Shown here piece by piece: positions 10,901-25,900 of a stretch of DNA of 64,000 bases. Position numbers and translations under genes: made by a program. The notes beneath the pieces were generated by a model. That model was given only the letters and a program-made list of their open reading frames with translations, did no database searches and was not told the DNA's origin. This stretch comes from Raja brachyura (lineage: Eukaryota). The stretch lies in NCBI GenBank assembly GCA_963514005.1, contig OY740809.1, positions 33,418,001 through 33,482,000 of the forward strand. The letters are read 5' to 3'. Positions within the stretch are counted from its first letter, which is position 1. Each line of letters begins with the position of its first letter.

Positions 10901-13900
10901 CAGCTACGTGAGGCTAAGCGTTTAAGCATCATAGAATCCTAGAAAGACACAACAGAAAAAGCGAAACATCTTCAGCTCACCAAGTGAGGACTGAAAATCA
11001 GCCATGCATTTGCACACCGATCCTAACCTAACCCATATAATTTCCCCCCCCCCCCCCCCCCCCCCAATACATAAACCAAAAGTACTGTAAGAATTCAGAG
11101 GATCAGGCAGGATCTGTAGAGGGGATGAACAACAATGAGTCTGAAGAAGGGTCCCATCCTGAAATGTTATCTGTCCATTCCCTTCACAGATGCTGCCTGA
11201 TTCACTATCCTCCATAACTAAGTTTTGATCATAACTACAGCTTCTACAGTCTCTTGTGTCCATTACTCTCCCCATATTTCTCTCTGCCCCCTCCCCCCCC
11301 ACCCAGGGTAGATTAGCCAGTTAATCTACACACTCGTCGCTAGTATTGAGAAGCAGCAGCTCTACTTACTGTGCCACTCCATTCCCCCTGTGGCTAATGA
11401 GTCACAGTTATGGCTTTGAGAACTCTTTATCCCATAAATAAACTAATCATATCCATGTGTATTATAATTCCCTCAGACAAATATTACAAAAATAGAATGC
11501 ACTATGATAGCAGTAGGAAGCTGAAAAGTCAAATTCTGTGTACTTAGCAATTCTTAATTCATCTTCTGAAAAAAAAATTTAAATTGTTTGTTGAAATTGA
11601 GCTGCTTACCCCCTGGATAATTGACTCAAAATAATTCAAAGAATTGCCTGGAATGTTACTGCATTTCTAAGCATGTTGCCCATTTTTTCAGGCACTTGCA
11701 TGGATATGGTCCATGTAGGCAGCTTGATCTAGTTTCTTTTTCTAAAACATTTTCACCCTTCTATTATAACATTAACAGTATTCCCATCACATAATACTGA
11801 TAGATGAGGATCATATTTAAGAGCTAAGACCAGTGCAGATTTCTATTTAGGTTACATTCCTTTATGACATGTCCTTGAGCATCATTTGGTGGATCCAAAA
11901 ACTATTTGATGTTTCTCTGGCTAAAAAATCTCTTCTCGTTCCCAACAGAGTAGTTGTTCATACTCTTTCACTGTTTAAAACTTAGTTGATTGGAAAATGT
12001 TGCTAGTTTTCACCAATTCTCCGAAGTATTTGTAATTTTTGTACGTTTTTCTTTTAATTTGCATATAATCTGCAAAACCCTTTTTGCTTATATTTAATCA
12101 GTCGGCATCCCTGGGCCTTTGTTTTGATTTTGAGGGTTCACATGGTTTTAGTGTGTTAAATTAAGAATCATATTATTCAAGTTAATCCTTTTAATATCCA
12201 AATTGTATGTTCCTGGAATCTTTACGTTGACCAGTTTCCCTCTCGGGTATTTTCCCTGACAGATTTTAAAGCAAATTGGATACAGTACTAAACACTAGAT
12301 TCAGTGTAGATATTAAATGAGTGGTCATTTATTTTTCTTCAGAGAATGCGTCATCTGCTAAGCCTGAAAATAGGTGGATGGGAAATATGTTTTGTTGATA
12401 AAGGGTAAACAATAGGAGTCCTTTATCCATGCTGGAGGAAATGATTGGCATGGGAAAATTAGAACACTTAAAAGACACAGAAAGGTGAATATATAGGAAA
12501 ATGTGGAGGGAAATGGTCCAGGCACAGGCTAGTCGGACTAGCTTGATTTGGCAACTTGGTCGGCATGGATGAGTTAGGCCAAAGGGCTTGTTCCCACGTT
12601 GTACAACTTTGTGACTAATTCTTCCAAGGATACAGCTGCAACTTTATTATAATTTGTGATATTTTGCCAGATGTTTTTACATTTGGTTATTGACTATTTT
12701 GCATTTATGTCATTTTCCTTTTATTTTCCCTACAATTATTGCAAACAATATTCTACCCTCATTGGATAACTGCTTTTCTTTCATCTGTTACCAGTCACCC
12801 TGTGCATGCACTGTACTGGCAGCATGCTTTTGTTTTAATGCCACTCACTTTGAACACGATCAAGCTCTGCACCTTAACCTGTGCATTTCCTAACTCTTGC
12901 TACTTCCTTATTTTTCATTGTTCTTTGTTATTCAGTTATGTTATGTAGAGAAGCCCACACATATTGTCCTTGAGAAAGTACTAATGAGCTACTTGACTGC
13001 TGCGGTACTTGTGCAGATGGTTCTCCCACAGTATGTGACTGATCGAGTAGCGCACATCTACTCAAGGTAGTTAGACCCAGTGAGGATGATGGAATAGTTA
13101 TGTGTTTCTAAATTGGGATTTATCGTGGCTTGGAGTGGAACATGCAGTTAGTGGTATACCACTGTAAGTGGGATGTATTCTTTACAATACATTATCAAAC
13201 CATTGCCAATACTACTGGCTTCACAGTTATGCTGCATCACAAGTCATTACCCAAGTTATCTATAATATGTTTATTAAACCTTTATTCAAAATTATTTTAG
13301 GGTTGGTTATGTGGAATTTACTTGTGCTTTAAATTTACTCTTTCCAATAGCTTATTAAAATACAATTGATTACAAATGTGTTCTTTCAGATATTACTTAT
13401 GTCTTCAGCTGCGTCAGGACATAATTACTGGATGTTTGCCTTGTTCATTTGTTACTCTTGCCCTTTTGGGATCGTATACAGTTCAGTCAGAGCTGGGCGA
13501 ATATGATCCAGAGCTACATGGAACAGATTATCTCACAGAGTTAAGGTTGGCTCCAAATCAAACAAAAGAACTGGAAGAAAAAATAAAGGAGCTTCATAAA
13601 ACCCACAGGTATTCATTCTTAAATTTAAAAACCTTTTAACTTGGACGTTTGCTGGTTGAAATGCTCATGTGATCATAATTCTATTTTCTTGATAAATATC
13701 TTCTGGTGCCATCTTGGAAATACGTCAATCATTTTTTAAATATGGTTATACCAATTGTTCATGGTGCACTTTGGCAATTAACAGTATCTAAACTGTATGG
13801 TTATTAGTATACTAATGGCTAAGGGGAAGCTTTTCAAAGTGGTAAACAAAAAAACAAAAACAGGCACATGGACAAAGTTGATTTGATAAAAGATTTGTAA

Positions 13901-16900
13901 AAACATATTTTTAAAGACAAATTGTGTTTTATTAACATGATTTGAATTATTCTGCTGAAATACTAGAGAATGTTGATAAACTGAGCATGGAAGGTGTTGA
14001 CCTCATGGATTTTCAGAGGCATTCAATAAAGCTCTACACCAAATGTTTGTTTACAAAATTGATACCTCAAGATTTTGAAGGGCCTGTAATTGAATATACA
14101 GGCACTTGAAAGCAGACTGGAGGATGAAAAACAATGGCTTTCTGTATGGGTGGACAATAGGAAACTGCTCTGTATTTAATTATTGATCAATTAATCTAAG
14201 TTTAGTTTTAGTTTACCGAGGCTGGGACTAATCAAAGATAATTAGCATGGTCTTGTTAGGAGGAAATGCTGTCTGACCAACACATGGATTTTTCGAAGCG
14301 ATAACAATATTTGTTGACGAGGCCAGTGCAATTGATGTTGCCTTTGTGGCTTTCAGTGAGGCCTTTGACCAGGTCCCAATAACAAGCTGGGTCAAAGGTT
14401 GAAGCCAGTGAGATCCACAGCAGGTCTTGCTGAACGGTGAGGTCTATGTCACCCGATAGGCCCTTCACCTCTGAAAAGTGAAGTAATGTAAGTGGCCATA
14501 TTATGCAGAAACTTTTCATTCCAATTTCTAAAATTTGCTTGTTCTCATTATTGTTCCCACTATTGCTGTATATATTCTGTGGATGGGCAACATCTGTGAT
14601 TTTTGATGACGAGGTAAAGCCAGACTGCATCTGTGTATCTGTGTTGAAGGACATTGAAAATTGTGATTAGTTTGCTCGTATCTAATCCAAGCATCAATTG
14701 AAGCATTTGAAGTAAGCTAACAGCATAGACCATGGATATAATCATATTTTCTTTGTCAGGAGAACTGATCATACAGACATAATACCATTATGATGGCGAC
14801 TGGATATTTGTTAGTGATGACTCTTATGGACTGGGTTTCTATTGTACTGGTTGGGTAACCTGTTGCATTGTTTACATTAAAAAAACAGACGCTCTCCTTC
14901 AAAGACAAAGGAAAGATTAACCTTTTAAGATATTGAGACATTTGATTATTAAAGTGCTTAAGTATTTTAAACTATTTCTTCCTAGGGCCATGACACCTGC
15001 ACAAGCAGATCTGCAATTCTTGGAGAATGCTAAGAAGCTTTCAATGTATGGTGTAGATTTTCATCCTGCAAAGGTACGCTATCTCTTCATTCATTCTTTA
15101 ACAAACCACTAAATATTCAATTTTCCTCATCAAAAACATTGCAGGTCAAATTGAAAACATTTGCTTGTCTCTTTTATTTGTAGGAACTGATGCAAAAAAA
15201 CTAGTGCAAAATGTCTAATTTCATAATGTCTGTCTGTCTATCAGTGCCTTTTGTGTCTGCTTAACGTAAATATTTGGAGCTAGCAGTATAATTCAATCTT
15301 GTCAATGACTGCGGTTTTAATGTTCCAATTTCTAAACCATTGTTAGCAAAGCAGTGATTTAGCTATTAGGAGAAATGCGCAATTAAACATTGGTGGATGT
15401 CAGAAGAGTGTAAACGTACTAAGATGCAGAGACCAGTATTGCAATGGTTGAGGGCTTGAGAATGTTGCTTATGAAAAGTGAAATGCAGAAATCAATGGTG
15501 CATGTGTGAAAAAGATAGTCCAGTGATTGAAATGTAATTTTATATGCAGCGTATAACACTTCCCAATGTTTGAACGTCTGTGGGATAGGATTCATAATGT
15601 TAGGCACAGTTGAATAGTTTGAAGACCAGTGTGTATGAATGTATCATTTGTTTTTTTCAATTAGAATAGATAGTTGAATGCAATAGATAAAAATGCAAAT
15701 ATTTTAACTATTTTGGTTACAGGTAACATTTGCAAATAGTAGTAATGTATAATCTCAATATTATTGTCGGGCTACAAAGAAATGGGATGGGGGGGGGGTG
15801 GGACTGATGGGATTACTCTTCTAGGAGCTTGCCCAAATGGTGGCCTCCTGTGCTGTATTAATTATCTCAAAATTAGTATAGCTGAATGACAGCTTGTATC
15901 AATGCTAATTGGAACAATTAAAATAACATCCCAGTTCAAGTCTAATTCTGCAGAAAGTATTTCAGTGCTATAATTGTTGCATTTATTATCGCATTATCTT
16001 TTATTTATTTTTGTCTGTTTACCACAGTTGAACTCTTATTTATAATTGTTCAATTTTGGTAATGTCACTTGTGGATCCTTGTCCATTTCTGCTTTTTCAA
16101 ATATTACCAAAATAAGGAAAAATACAAGTTTTGGGGTTTTTTTGCTTGCATTGCAGCATGCTGTTTCAAGTGATTTATTCATCCTTTTTACTCACAAAGC
16201 TTTTATCCTTTGACCCCCATGACATTAATTTATAAATGTGCTATATACTGTACGTAACTTGTATAATTTTATTAACCACTTAAATTAATTGAAACCAGAT
16301 AAATACAGTGAAGGCATGGTGGAAGGCCATTTATATTATGAATTACCAAGCTTTGGTGAAATTTAAAGGTTACCCTGGCAATGTCAGAAAATGTCAATTT
16401 GTGTAGAGATGAAGCAGTTTGTCCCCTTTACAAACTACCCATTTTTCATCACTCAGCAGATGAAATGCCTTAGACGCGTAAAATGTGCAAGACCTATTTA
16501 GTGCCTTGGGTCTAGAGTTTTGTAATTGGGGAGATGTATAATTTTACAATTATAGTTAAAAGCTAAGTTTGAATGAAGAAATAACTGTCATTCTTGCATC
16601 TGTTGAACAGATTTTAACAATCATTGTTAAATGCACAATGAGATAAGACTTCGAAGATTTAAAACTTTTTTTGACCTTTTTAATCCCACAAATACATCAT
16701 CTTTTAGCATAAGAGGATAAACAAAAAAAGATATTTCCTTGGTGCAAACTTGTCCAGCTCTTTGTATTCACTACCCTTAATTACTTTGGCTTTTAGGACT
16801 TGGAAGGAGTGGACATCATGCTTGGAGTATCTTCTGGTGGCCTCCTTGTGTACAAAGACCGACTCCGAATAAATCGCTTTGCCTGGCCCAAGGTTCTGAA

Positions 16901-19900
16901 AATTTCATATAAACGCAGCAGTTTCTTTGTTAAAATTCGTCCGGGAGAGGTATGTCTCCAGTTTAATACAAGTTTAGAATGTGAAATTATTCATATTTTG
17001 GTTAATAATATGAATTAGCTCTTGCATCCACATACTTTAAGCAAGTGCTTTCCATCATGATGTTCTGTATTAAGAGCTTTCTGAAAAGTTTTTTGTTCTA
17101 AGCATATCCATTTGTGAGTTTTGCTAATGCTCGCATTTGGGTATTTAAGCACAATAAAAGCATTAATTGCCAAAGCCTTGCTGTCCTGATGAGGTGTGGG
17201 TGAATCTTTGAACTGCTGTTCTATAGTTTCATACAGCTGAGTTACTTGGTAGACCATTTGAAAAGGCATTTACGCATGAACAACATAGCTTGGAGTTGCA
17301 CGTAAACCAGATCAGATCAGGAAGACGAATGCTTGGACATGGCAGTGAATCAGTTCAACATGCAAACACTGTCTTCATCCCTTTCTATAGGTGGCTTCAT
17401 ATCCCTTGATTTATTTTACAGAGAATTGCATTTCTAATGCTACAATGTTGAATGTAGAATTCACATATGCTAGTTCAGTAGCATAATCATGACACTGCCA
17501 TAGCTATATTCAAAATGTATCACATTCCTGCACTGTTTATGAATTCTACATTCTGTGATGTTAGCTGTATATCACACATTCATTTATTGAGATCCTAGAA
17601 AATAACTACCCATTAGCTAGTTTGAAATATGAAAACTAGGATTATAGATATTCTTTATTTGACAATGTTAAACATTAGTTAAACATAGAAAATAGAATCA
17701 GGGTTAGATTATTTGCACCCTTGTGCCTTGTCTGTATTTAAAGAAGATTGCAGCTAATTGTTTGTCATTATGGCTGCCAGTTTCCTGCTTGTTTCCTATG
17801 ATATCCAAAATTTTAACAATCCCTATCTTGAATATATTCAGTCACCAAGTCTCCATAGCTCTTATAAAGAGATACATATTTGTTGTTAGTTGTATTTGTT
17901 TAAATGTTAGTCCTGCTGTTTTTAATCTGCGTAAGAGCACTCCTACTCATCTGTGTAGTAATGGCAACGGAAAGTTGGACATTGGAAAATAAAGAAATTG
18001 CCATTGCACAACATTTTGATTTGTTTTAATGTGAAGAGACTGGAAAACAGAGTAAAGTTGGGAAAATATTTCAGAGAAGTGCCAAAACTTTTATCCATTG
18101 TTTCTTATCCAAGCAAACTAAAAGCCCTGTCCCACTGTACGAGTTCATTCAAAGAGTTCTCCCGAGTTTCCCTTGATTCGAACTCGGAGATTTAAGGTAA
18201 TGGCCGCTCGTCGGTACTCGGGGCTCTCGTGGACATTTTTCAACATGTTGAAAAATCTTCACGAGTCTTCCCGAGCTTACCGTGTTTCCCGAGTACCTGC
18301 CGTTAGCGTTACGAGCCGATAACAGACGTCCCTTAGCTCCGATGTACCCGCTACGTTCATTCTACGTGCTTACCACGTGTTTGATTTTTTTTTTTTTAAC
18401 TAGGGAGAGCTCTTGAATGAACCCGTACAGTGGGACAGGGCCATAATTATATTTAATTTGGTGTTTGAAATAATGAAGTTACAATTCGTATAATGTTTTT
18501 TTTTTATATAACACCTGGGCTTTCTGATGTTACCGACAGTCAATTGAGTGCTTTTGAGATATCATTGTTCTGATGCAAGTAAAATCAACAAGAATTCTAC
18601 AGCTAGCAAGGTGGAACGAATAGTTGGGATAAATAGCCAAAAAAACTATTTTACCTCATGGTCTTCGTGTTCAACTTTGTGTTTGATGTCCAAGGTTTTC
18701 TTGTGTCTTTCTCAATTCCTCAGGACATAGTGGATGTTTGGAAGTATTGTGGTTCGTAGAGTCCATGTAAGTGCCTACATTGGTGTAGTTGTGTGATGTG
18801 AAACTAAGAGAATAATCCCAGTAAACATGAACCAGACTACAAGCGTTTGAGTTTTAAAAAATAGATGTGGCGCCATCTGTGGGCAGAATAAATTGTTGTT
18901 AGATCTCATTAAGTTTTTTTTCCCTTTCTGATTTGCCCTATACTATGTTCTCGTGAAAGCAGTAATATCTCTGGTATTGTGTTTAACCCAGTGCCACCTA
19001 CGTTTTAATCCTTCCTGTTTTAGGATATTATTCTTGGGTAAAATAAAAGTAAAAAATGCAGGTCAGACCGCCTTGGTGGAAAGACTTAGTGTTTCAGATT
19101 GAAGACTTGTTTAGAAATAGAAAAATAAGAAAACAAGTTGGTTAGTTGGAATAAAACAAATATCTCCTGTGGAGGATGGCACAGTGGTGCAGATGGTGAA
19201 GCTGATGTCTCAATGTCCAAGACCTGGGTTCGGTCCTGACCTCAGATGTTGTTTGTTTGGTGGTGGAGTGTTCTTCCCAAGAATGCGTGGATTTCCTCTG
19301 TGTGCTCCGGCTTCCTCCCACATCCCAAAGTAGTGCAGGTGTGTAGGTTAGAATTGGCCTTGGTGTATATTTCCCTTATTGTGTGGGATAAAATAGAACT
19401 AGTGTGAGCAGGTGATCACTGGTCAGAGCAGACTCATTGGGCCAAAGGGCCTGTTTCCATACTGTATCTTTTAATCAATCAATTATGGGCGAGGATGACT
19501 TCTGTAGAAAGGAGATAGATTTTTAATTGTAAAAAAGTATGAAGCAGAACTGCAAGCCACCATGCTGCTGAGTAAGAGGTTTGAGGATTCATGGAGATAT
19601 ATTCCCAAATCCGAATGGTGTGTAACTTAAAGAGTATTCGTCAGGTGGTTGCATTTCCATATACTCATGTCTTTCACTATCAAGGTGTGGCAGGTCATGG
19701 GCGTGTGTTTGGGGGGGAAGGCGGAATGACATGGATTCATTTTTATATGAATACATTTTATAGATCATGCACACTGCAGCCAAAGTGTGCTGATGGTAAA
19801 GGAAATGAAAATTAAGGGTGGACGGTGTACCCATCCGGCTGCTGTCATTGACAAGTAAGGTGTATCTTTGTCATTGATGATTAAATGTGATCCATTATAT

Positions 19901-22900
19901 TTCTGTAGTACTAATTAAGCACAAAATCCAAAAGATGGGTAGTATTCTCAGTGCTTTAGCAACCATGTGACTTCAATTTCCAGTATTGCAAGCTACAGCG
20001 ATTCTTGTAACGTTTAAAAAAAAAAAAAATAGCTGCAAGTTTGTGTTGAAACCAGGAACTGCAGATGCTTGTTTACAAAACAAGGCAGTGCTGGAGTAAT
20101 CGGCGTGTTGGGCTGCATCCCTAGTGAACTCGTTCTGGAAGATCAGCCATGATCATGTTGAATGGTGGTGCTGGCTCGAAAGACCGAATAGTCTACTCCT
20201 GCACCTATATTCTATGTTTCTAATGTGGATAGGCGATGCTTCGGTTCAGAACTCTTTTTCAGACCACGTTTGGTGTCGGGAACCTTCCTCAGACCTGAAG
20301 TAGGGTCTCGATCCGAAATGTCACCCATCCATGTTCTCCAGGGATGCTGCTTGACCTGCTGAGTTACTCGAACACTTTGTGCAAGTTAGTATTGATGAAA
20401 TTATTTATCTGTTCTGCATTCATTTTTCAGGATCAGTGTGAAAGCACTATTGGGTTTAAGCTGGCCAATTACCGTGCTGCCAAAAAATTGTGGAAAGTAT
20501 GCGTGGAAAATCATACATTTTTCAGGTATGTATCTAACACAACCAGCTGGAGGAGTAAAGAATAATTTGCTGTCAATGTTTATTGATTCAAACATTTAAC
20601 ATTAATATTATGATCTCCCCATTTGCAATCGCCTATAAGTTCGGCCTGTCGGTAATTCAAGTTGAAAAACCTAAAAGCTATCCCATAAAAGACTTTAATT
20701 GAATAATTAATATAGTTTAGTTTAGAGATACAGCGCGGAATCAGGCCCTTTGGCCCACCGAGTCCACATCGCCCAGCAATCCCCGCACATTAACACCATC
20801 CTACACACTAGGTACAATTTACACATACACCAAGCCAATTAACCTACATACCTGTACGTCTTTGGAGTGTGGGAGGAAACTGAAGATCTCGGAGAAAACC
20901 CACGCGGTCACGGGGAGAACGTACAAACTCCGTACAGACAGCACCCGTAGTCGGGAACGAACGGGTCTCCGACGCTAAAGTGCTGTAAGACAGCAACTCA
21001 ACCGCTGCACCAGCATGAACTAAAGTTCCTTCGTTGTGCATATGAGTTCTTTGCATGGCCAGGAAAACAAAAGCAAACTTTAAGCCTAAAGTACCCAGAA
21101 AGATTTTTTTGACAGTGTTTCAATTTTTTTCTGCCTCCAAAATAAAGAGAAAAATATTAAAGTATTATTGTATGCCTTGCCTGCCTACGCTGTTTAACTT
21201 GACGTTTCCCCCAGTAGGTTAACAACTCCCGAATCCTCGGCAAAAAGCAAGTTCTTGTCCCTGGGTTCCAAATTTCGTTACAGCGGTCGAACACAAGCAC
21301 AGACCAGGGAAGCAAGCGCCCTAATTGACAGACCAGCTCCCCGCTTTGAGCGTACTGCAAGCAAGCGGGCATCCAGAAGCCTCGATGGAGGTAACTTTTT
21401 ATATGGGATTTTAAATAAAACATCCTTACTTGCACAGTATCGTTGAAACTATAGGGTAACAACACCTATTACCAATGTAATGTTCAGGTTTTTTTTAATT
21501 GAAACTACTGAAGATAGCCAGAGCAAGTTGATGCCTATTTTGTTTTATCAAATTATATTGCTTTCAATAGAGATCGAACATTCAAATCATTTCTGCAGTT
21601 ACTATGTTTCCCAGAAAGCTACAGTATCTATTAGATAAGGGTAGCAATTGACTTTTTAACATATGTAATAAGTACTATGTGTGAAAATGTAGTTGTTCAA
21701 CAACTTGTTGAAACCTAGGAAATGACTGGTGCTAAAATCTTGTTTTATTTGCTGGATATTACATTATTATTATCTTTAGTTGGGAAAATTCCGCTCATTA
21801 TGTTCTTTCCTGCCTTTTTGCATTCTAAAAGGAAAATATCTCTTCGGGATATTAAATACATATAGTTAATTTGATTTGGTTTCCCTTGCCATTAGAAACT
21901 GCAAATGGTCCTGGCAGTCAGAGCTATTCAGTGCCAAAACATGCTCTTTGGCACAACTTGTCCGTGCCGAGCAAGATGTCGAGCCAAGGTTGTCCCATTT
22001 GCCTGCTTCTGCCCCACATGCCCCCAAACCTGTTCTGTCGTCACACCTGTCAGTGCCTTTTAAATGTCATCATTATGACTGCAGCTACCACTTTCTCTGG
22101 CAGCTTGTATGGAAAAGGTTGCCCCATGGGTCCCTTTTAACATCTTTTCCTTCTCACATTAAACCTTTGCTCTACAGTATTAGTCTCTTTCTATCCTGTA
22201 GAAGTGACAATGAATATTCACTTTATCAACATCCTTAAAGATTTTGTGTCTCTATATGGTTACCCTTGTAGCAAGTGACTAAGATAGTAAATGTTATGGT
22301 AGCCATTATCACAAAATGGTTTAATTATGGAAGTAAAGGTGTTTTATTCCAATTATCTTGGGCCTTCATAAACCCACTCTTGAAGTATAGCCGTGAGGTC
22401 ACCCAAGGGAGATTTGACTTGCCATTAAAGAGGCACAGCACCAACCAACCTGATGGCAGGGTTGGCAGGTTTGCTGCATGATTGAGTAGATTGGAATTCA
22501 TTCTATCGAATGCACAAGAATTGGAGGAAATTCTTTTGCAGAGGAAATTGGAGTAAATGATTAATAACAGTAATAATATAATCATACATTTTATTGTCAT
22601 TGCACATAAGTGCAACGAGATTTGGGTGTGCAGCTTCCATCCGATGTCATAACTTAAATAACTAATAAAATTTCGGTTTAGATACCCCGAGAACATGGTT
22701 TGTAAAAAGAACATTAAAACATTAAAACAGTCAGAACAGACTAAAGTGCAGATGTGTCTGTGCAGCGTGACCATCCGGGGGAGACAGTCCATGGGGGGGG
22801 GGGGGGGGTGGGGGGGCACTCAGCAGGCCGTCCAGACCGCTATAGCTCTGGGAATGAAGCTGTTCCTGAGTTTGGAGGTGCGGGCGTCGAAGGCCTTGTA

Positions 22901-25900
22901 ACGTCTGCCGGAAGGAAGTAGTTTGAACAGCCCATTGCAAGGGTGTGAGGAATCTTTATGAATGCTGACTGCCTTCCTGAGGCACCGTGTGTGGTAGATG
23001 CCCTCCAAGGCTGGTAGCGGTGTCCCAATAATCTTCTACGCTCTGTGGACGACTCGCTGAAGAGCTCCACTCTCTGCCTCCGTGCAGCTGAGATACTACA
23101 CAGAGATGCCATACGTCAGATTGCTATCTGCCGTGCAGCGGTAGAAGGTTGTCAGCAGCTGTTGGGCCAGACCAGTCCTTTTCAATGTTCTCAAGAAGAA
23201 CGGTCGTTGCTGTGCCTTTTTGACCAGCGCAGCGGTGTTGGTGGACCATGTGAGGTCCTCTGAGATGTGAGTGCCCAGAAATTAAAGCTGAACATTCTCT
23301 CCACACTGTCCCCGTAGATGGAGATTGGGGCGTATTCCCCATTCTGTGACCTCCTGAAGTCGATAATCAGCTCCTTGGTCTTGGAGGTGTTTAGTGACAA
23401 GTTGTTACGTGAGCACCAGTCCACCAGGTTCTGCACCTCTGCTCTAAAGGCTTTGACTGGCTTAATAGAGGAAGAATGTTTCCTGTGCTGAGGAGTGCCG
23501 TATCAGAATAAGAATTGGCAGTTTAAGGCGGATGAGAAGAAATTTCTACTTCCAGAATGGTGAATCTTTGGAATTCTCTGCCTGGAAAAGCGGTGGAGCT
23601 CACTAATAGTGTTCATTGAAAACAGATCACTGGGCATTAAGGGAATAAGGGGCTATGGGGAAAAGTACTGGAAAATGGTGCCGAGGTAGAAGATCAAACA
23701 TGATCTTGATGAATGGCAGAGCAAGCTCAAGCTGTGTGATAGCTTGCTCTGTTCATGTTTGTTGCATCCTTTCATTATTCACCTGAAACATAACGCATTC
23801 CCCTCCCTCAGATGCTGCCTGATCTGCTGAGAAGTTTCTGTTTTTTAGTATTTGCAATATATTTTGTGTTTTTGGACATTTGCAATTGCAATCCTTTTTT
23901 GTTAATTTTTTTAAATTAGAAGTAACTACATAATAAAAAGCATTTTGTTTGTTGTAGACATACATTATCAATATTATTTATATTAACAATTGCATAGTAA
24001 TTGTATTTCTATATATTTTTTCCAATTTTTATAAAGATAGAAATTAATAGAGAGAGAAAACAAAAAAGAGGAGGAAAAGTTGAGAAAGAATGGAGTGTTC
24101 AATAGATTATGCATTGTTGGAGATATATCCGTGTTTTATGAAATGTAATTCTTCATCTATTGCAATCCTAAAGCAGCATTTTCCTTTCCAGAAATTAATG
24201 ATTTCCCTTGGAACTTTTCAAATCCACGATATGCTAATAAAGTTTAAATTATTTTTTAAAGTTTTCTTCTCATTGAAACGTATAAGATTGTTAAGGGTTT
24301 GGACACGCTGGAGGCAGGAGTCCAGAACCAGGGGCCACAGTTTAAGAATAAATAGTAAGCCATTTAGAACGGAGACGAGGAAACACTTTTTCTCACAGAG
24401 AGTGGTGAGTCTGTGGAATTCTCTGCCTCAGAGGGTGGTGGAGGCAGGTTCTCTGGGTGCTTTCAAGAGAGAGCTAGATAGGGCTCTTAAAAATAGCGGA
24501 GTCGGGATATGGGGAGAGGGCAGGCATGGGGTACTGATTGGGGATAATCAGCCATGATCACATTGAATGAAGGTGCTGGCTTGAATGGCCGAATGGCCTA
24601 TTCCTGCACCTATTGTCTATTGCCTTCAATAAGAGAAAACATGATTTTCGAATAAAAGGAACTGTAAATGTTATATTTGTGCTAACCATGTGTGCATGTA
24701 AAATGGTAAAATGTACACATTCTCTCCAGCTAAACGCAAGTTTCCAAAAACTTGCATTGAATTACCAGTGGACGAGGATCCTGAGCACAGATGTATTGAA
24801 GCACCCAAAGAGCAGCCAGGTACTGGTTTGTTGGCTTGAAGCTCTGTGGTGCTCCTGTTTCTTCACCCTATCCTTTTCAACAAGCAATTTGTTGCACTGA
24901 CCATCCAAAGTTCTTCTGTTGATGTAGTGATTTTATTTTCTAAACATGATGATTAGAACTTAAACTAGAGATAAATGATTATTTTTAACCACTCGCTTTT
25001 GGTGCTGTGAAAGATTTTGCAATCTAATGAACTCAGTGTGGATTAAATAGTAATCCAAATCAAATGCTCTTATAAGAATGATTTATCAATAGCAGCTGTT
25101 TTCTTCAATACAAGGTAATGAGTACTTTTGTGGTTGTTTTTGAATGATTAACAAAGCTTTTGACATGAAAATAAATGTACACATCCACATTTTCAGCATA
25201 TATGTATGAGAGTCCATTGAGGGGTTTAGTCACTACGTGTTTAGTGCAAGATGCTGCCACACACCATTGTCCTCCTGAAGGAATTGTAGAGTCTGTCCCA
25301 ACGTTTCCAAAGAAGGCATTGATCAGTTAGCTGTGGTGGAACCTCACTATGCTTACTCAGATGTTGTCTCTATATTTTTAAATATTCAAATATTTAAAAA
25401 ATGTACAGGAGCCAAGTCACCAAAACGGAAATTGCTGGAAACATTCAGCAGGTCAGGCAGCACCAGTGGAGCAGGAAACAAAGTCAATGTTTCAGGTCAA
25501 TAACCTTTCATCTGATGAGCTACTGAAAAGTGATCAACATCATTTCTGTTTCTCTCCCAACAGATGCTGCCTGACCTTAGTGTTCTGTGTCTTGTTTTTG
25601 GATGTCTTGCTTCTACAGTTTGTTTGCCCTTCGCAGGCATCACTTTCAGCTTTAGAAAGGGAGGACAGCTTACTATGGACAACACACAGGAAATATTTTC
25701 CTCAAGTCAGTATCAAGGGAGGTGAAACTTTAGATACGGCACAGAAACAGGCCCTTCGGCCCACTGAGGGACCCAATGTTTTTGGAGTGTGGGAGGAGAC
25801 TGGAGCACCCAGAGAAAATTGACATGGTCACAGTGGAAAAAGTACAAACTTCATACATACAGCACCCGTAGTCAGGATCGAGCCCAGGTCTCTGGTGCTG

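Noticed and set aside
19178-19250. tRNA gene-like A/B boxes (also near 20950-21012 and 38370)
   Set aside because: These are tRNA-derived SINE heads followed by V-domain and LINE tails; no cloverleaf forms.
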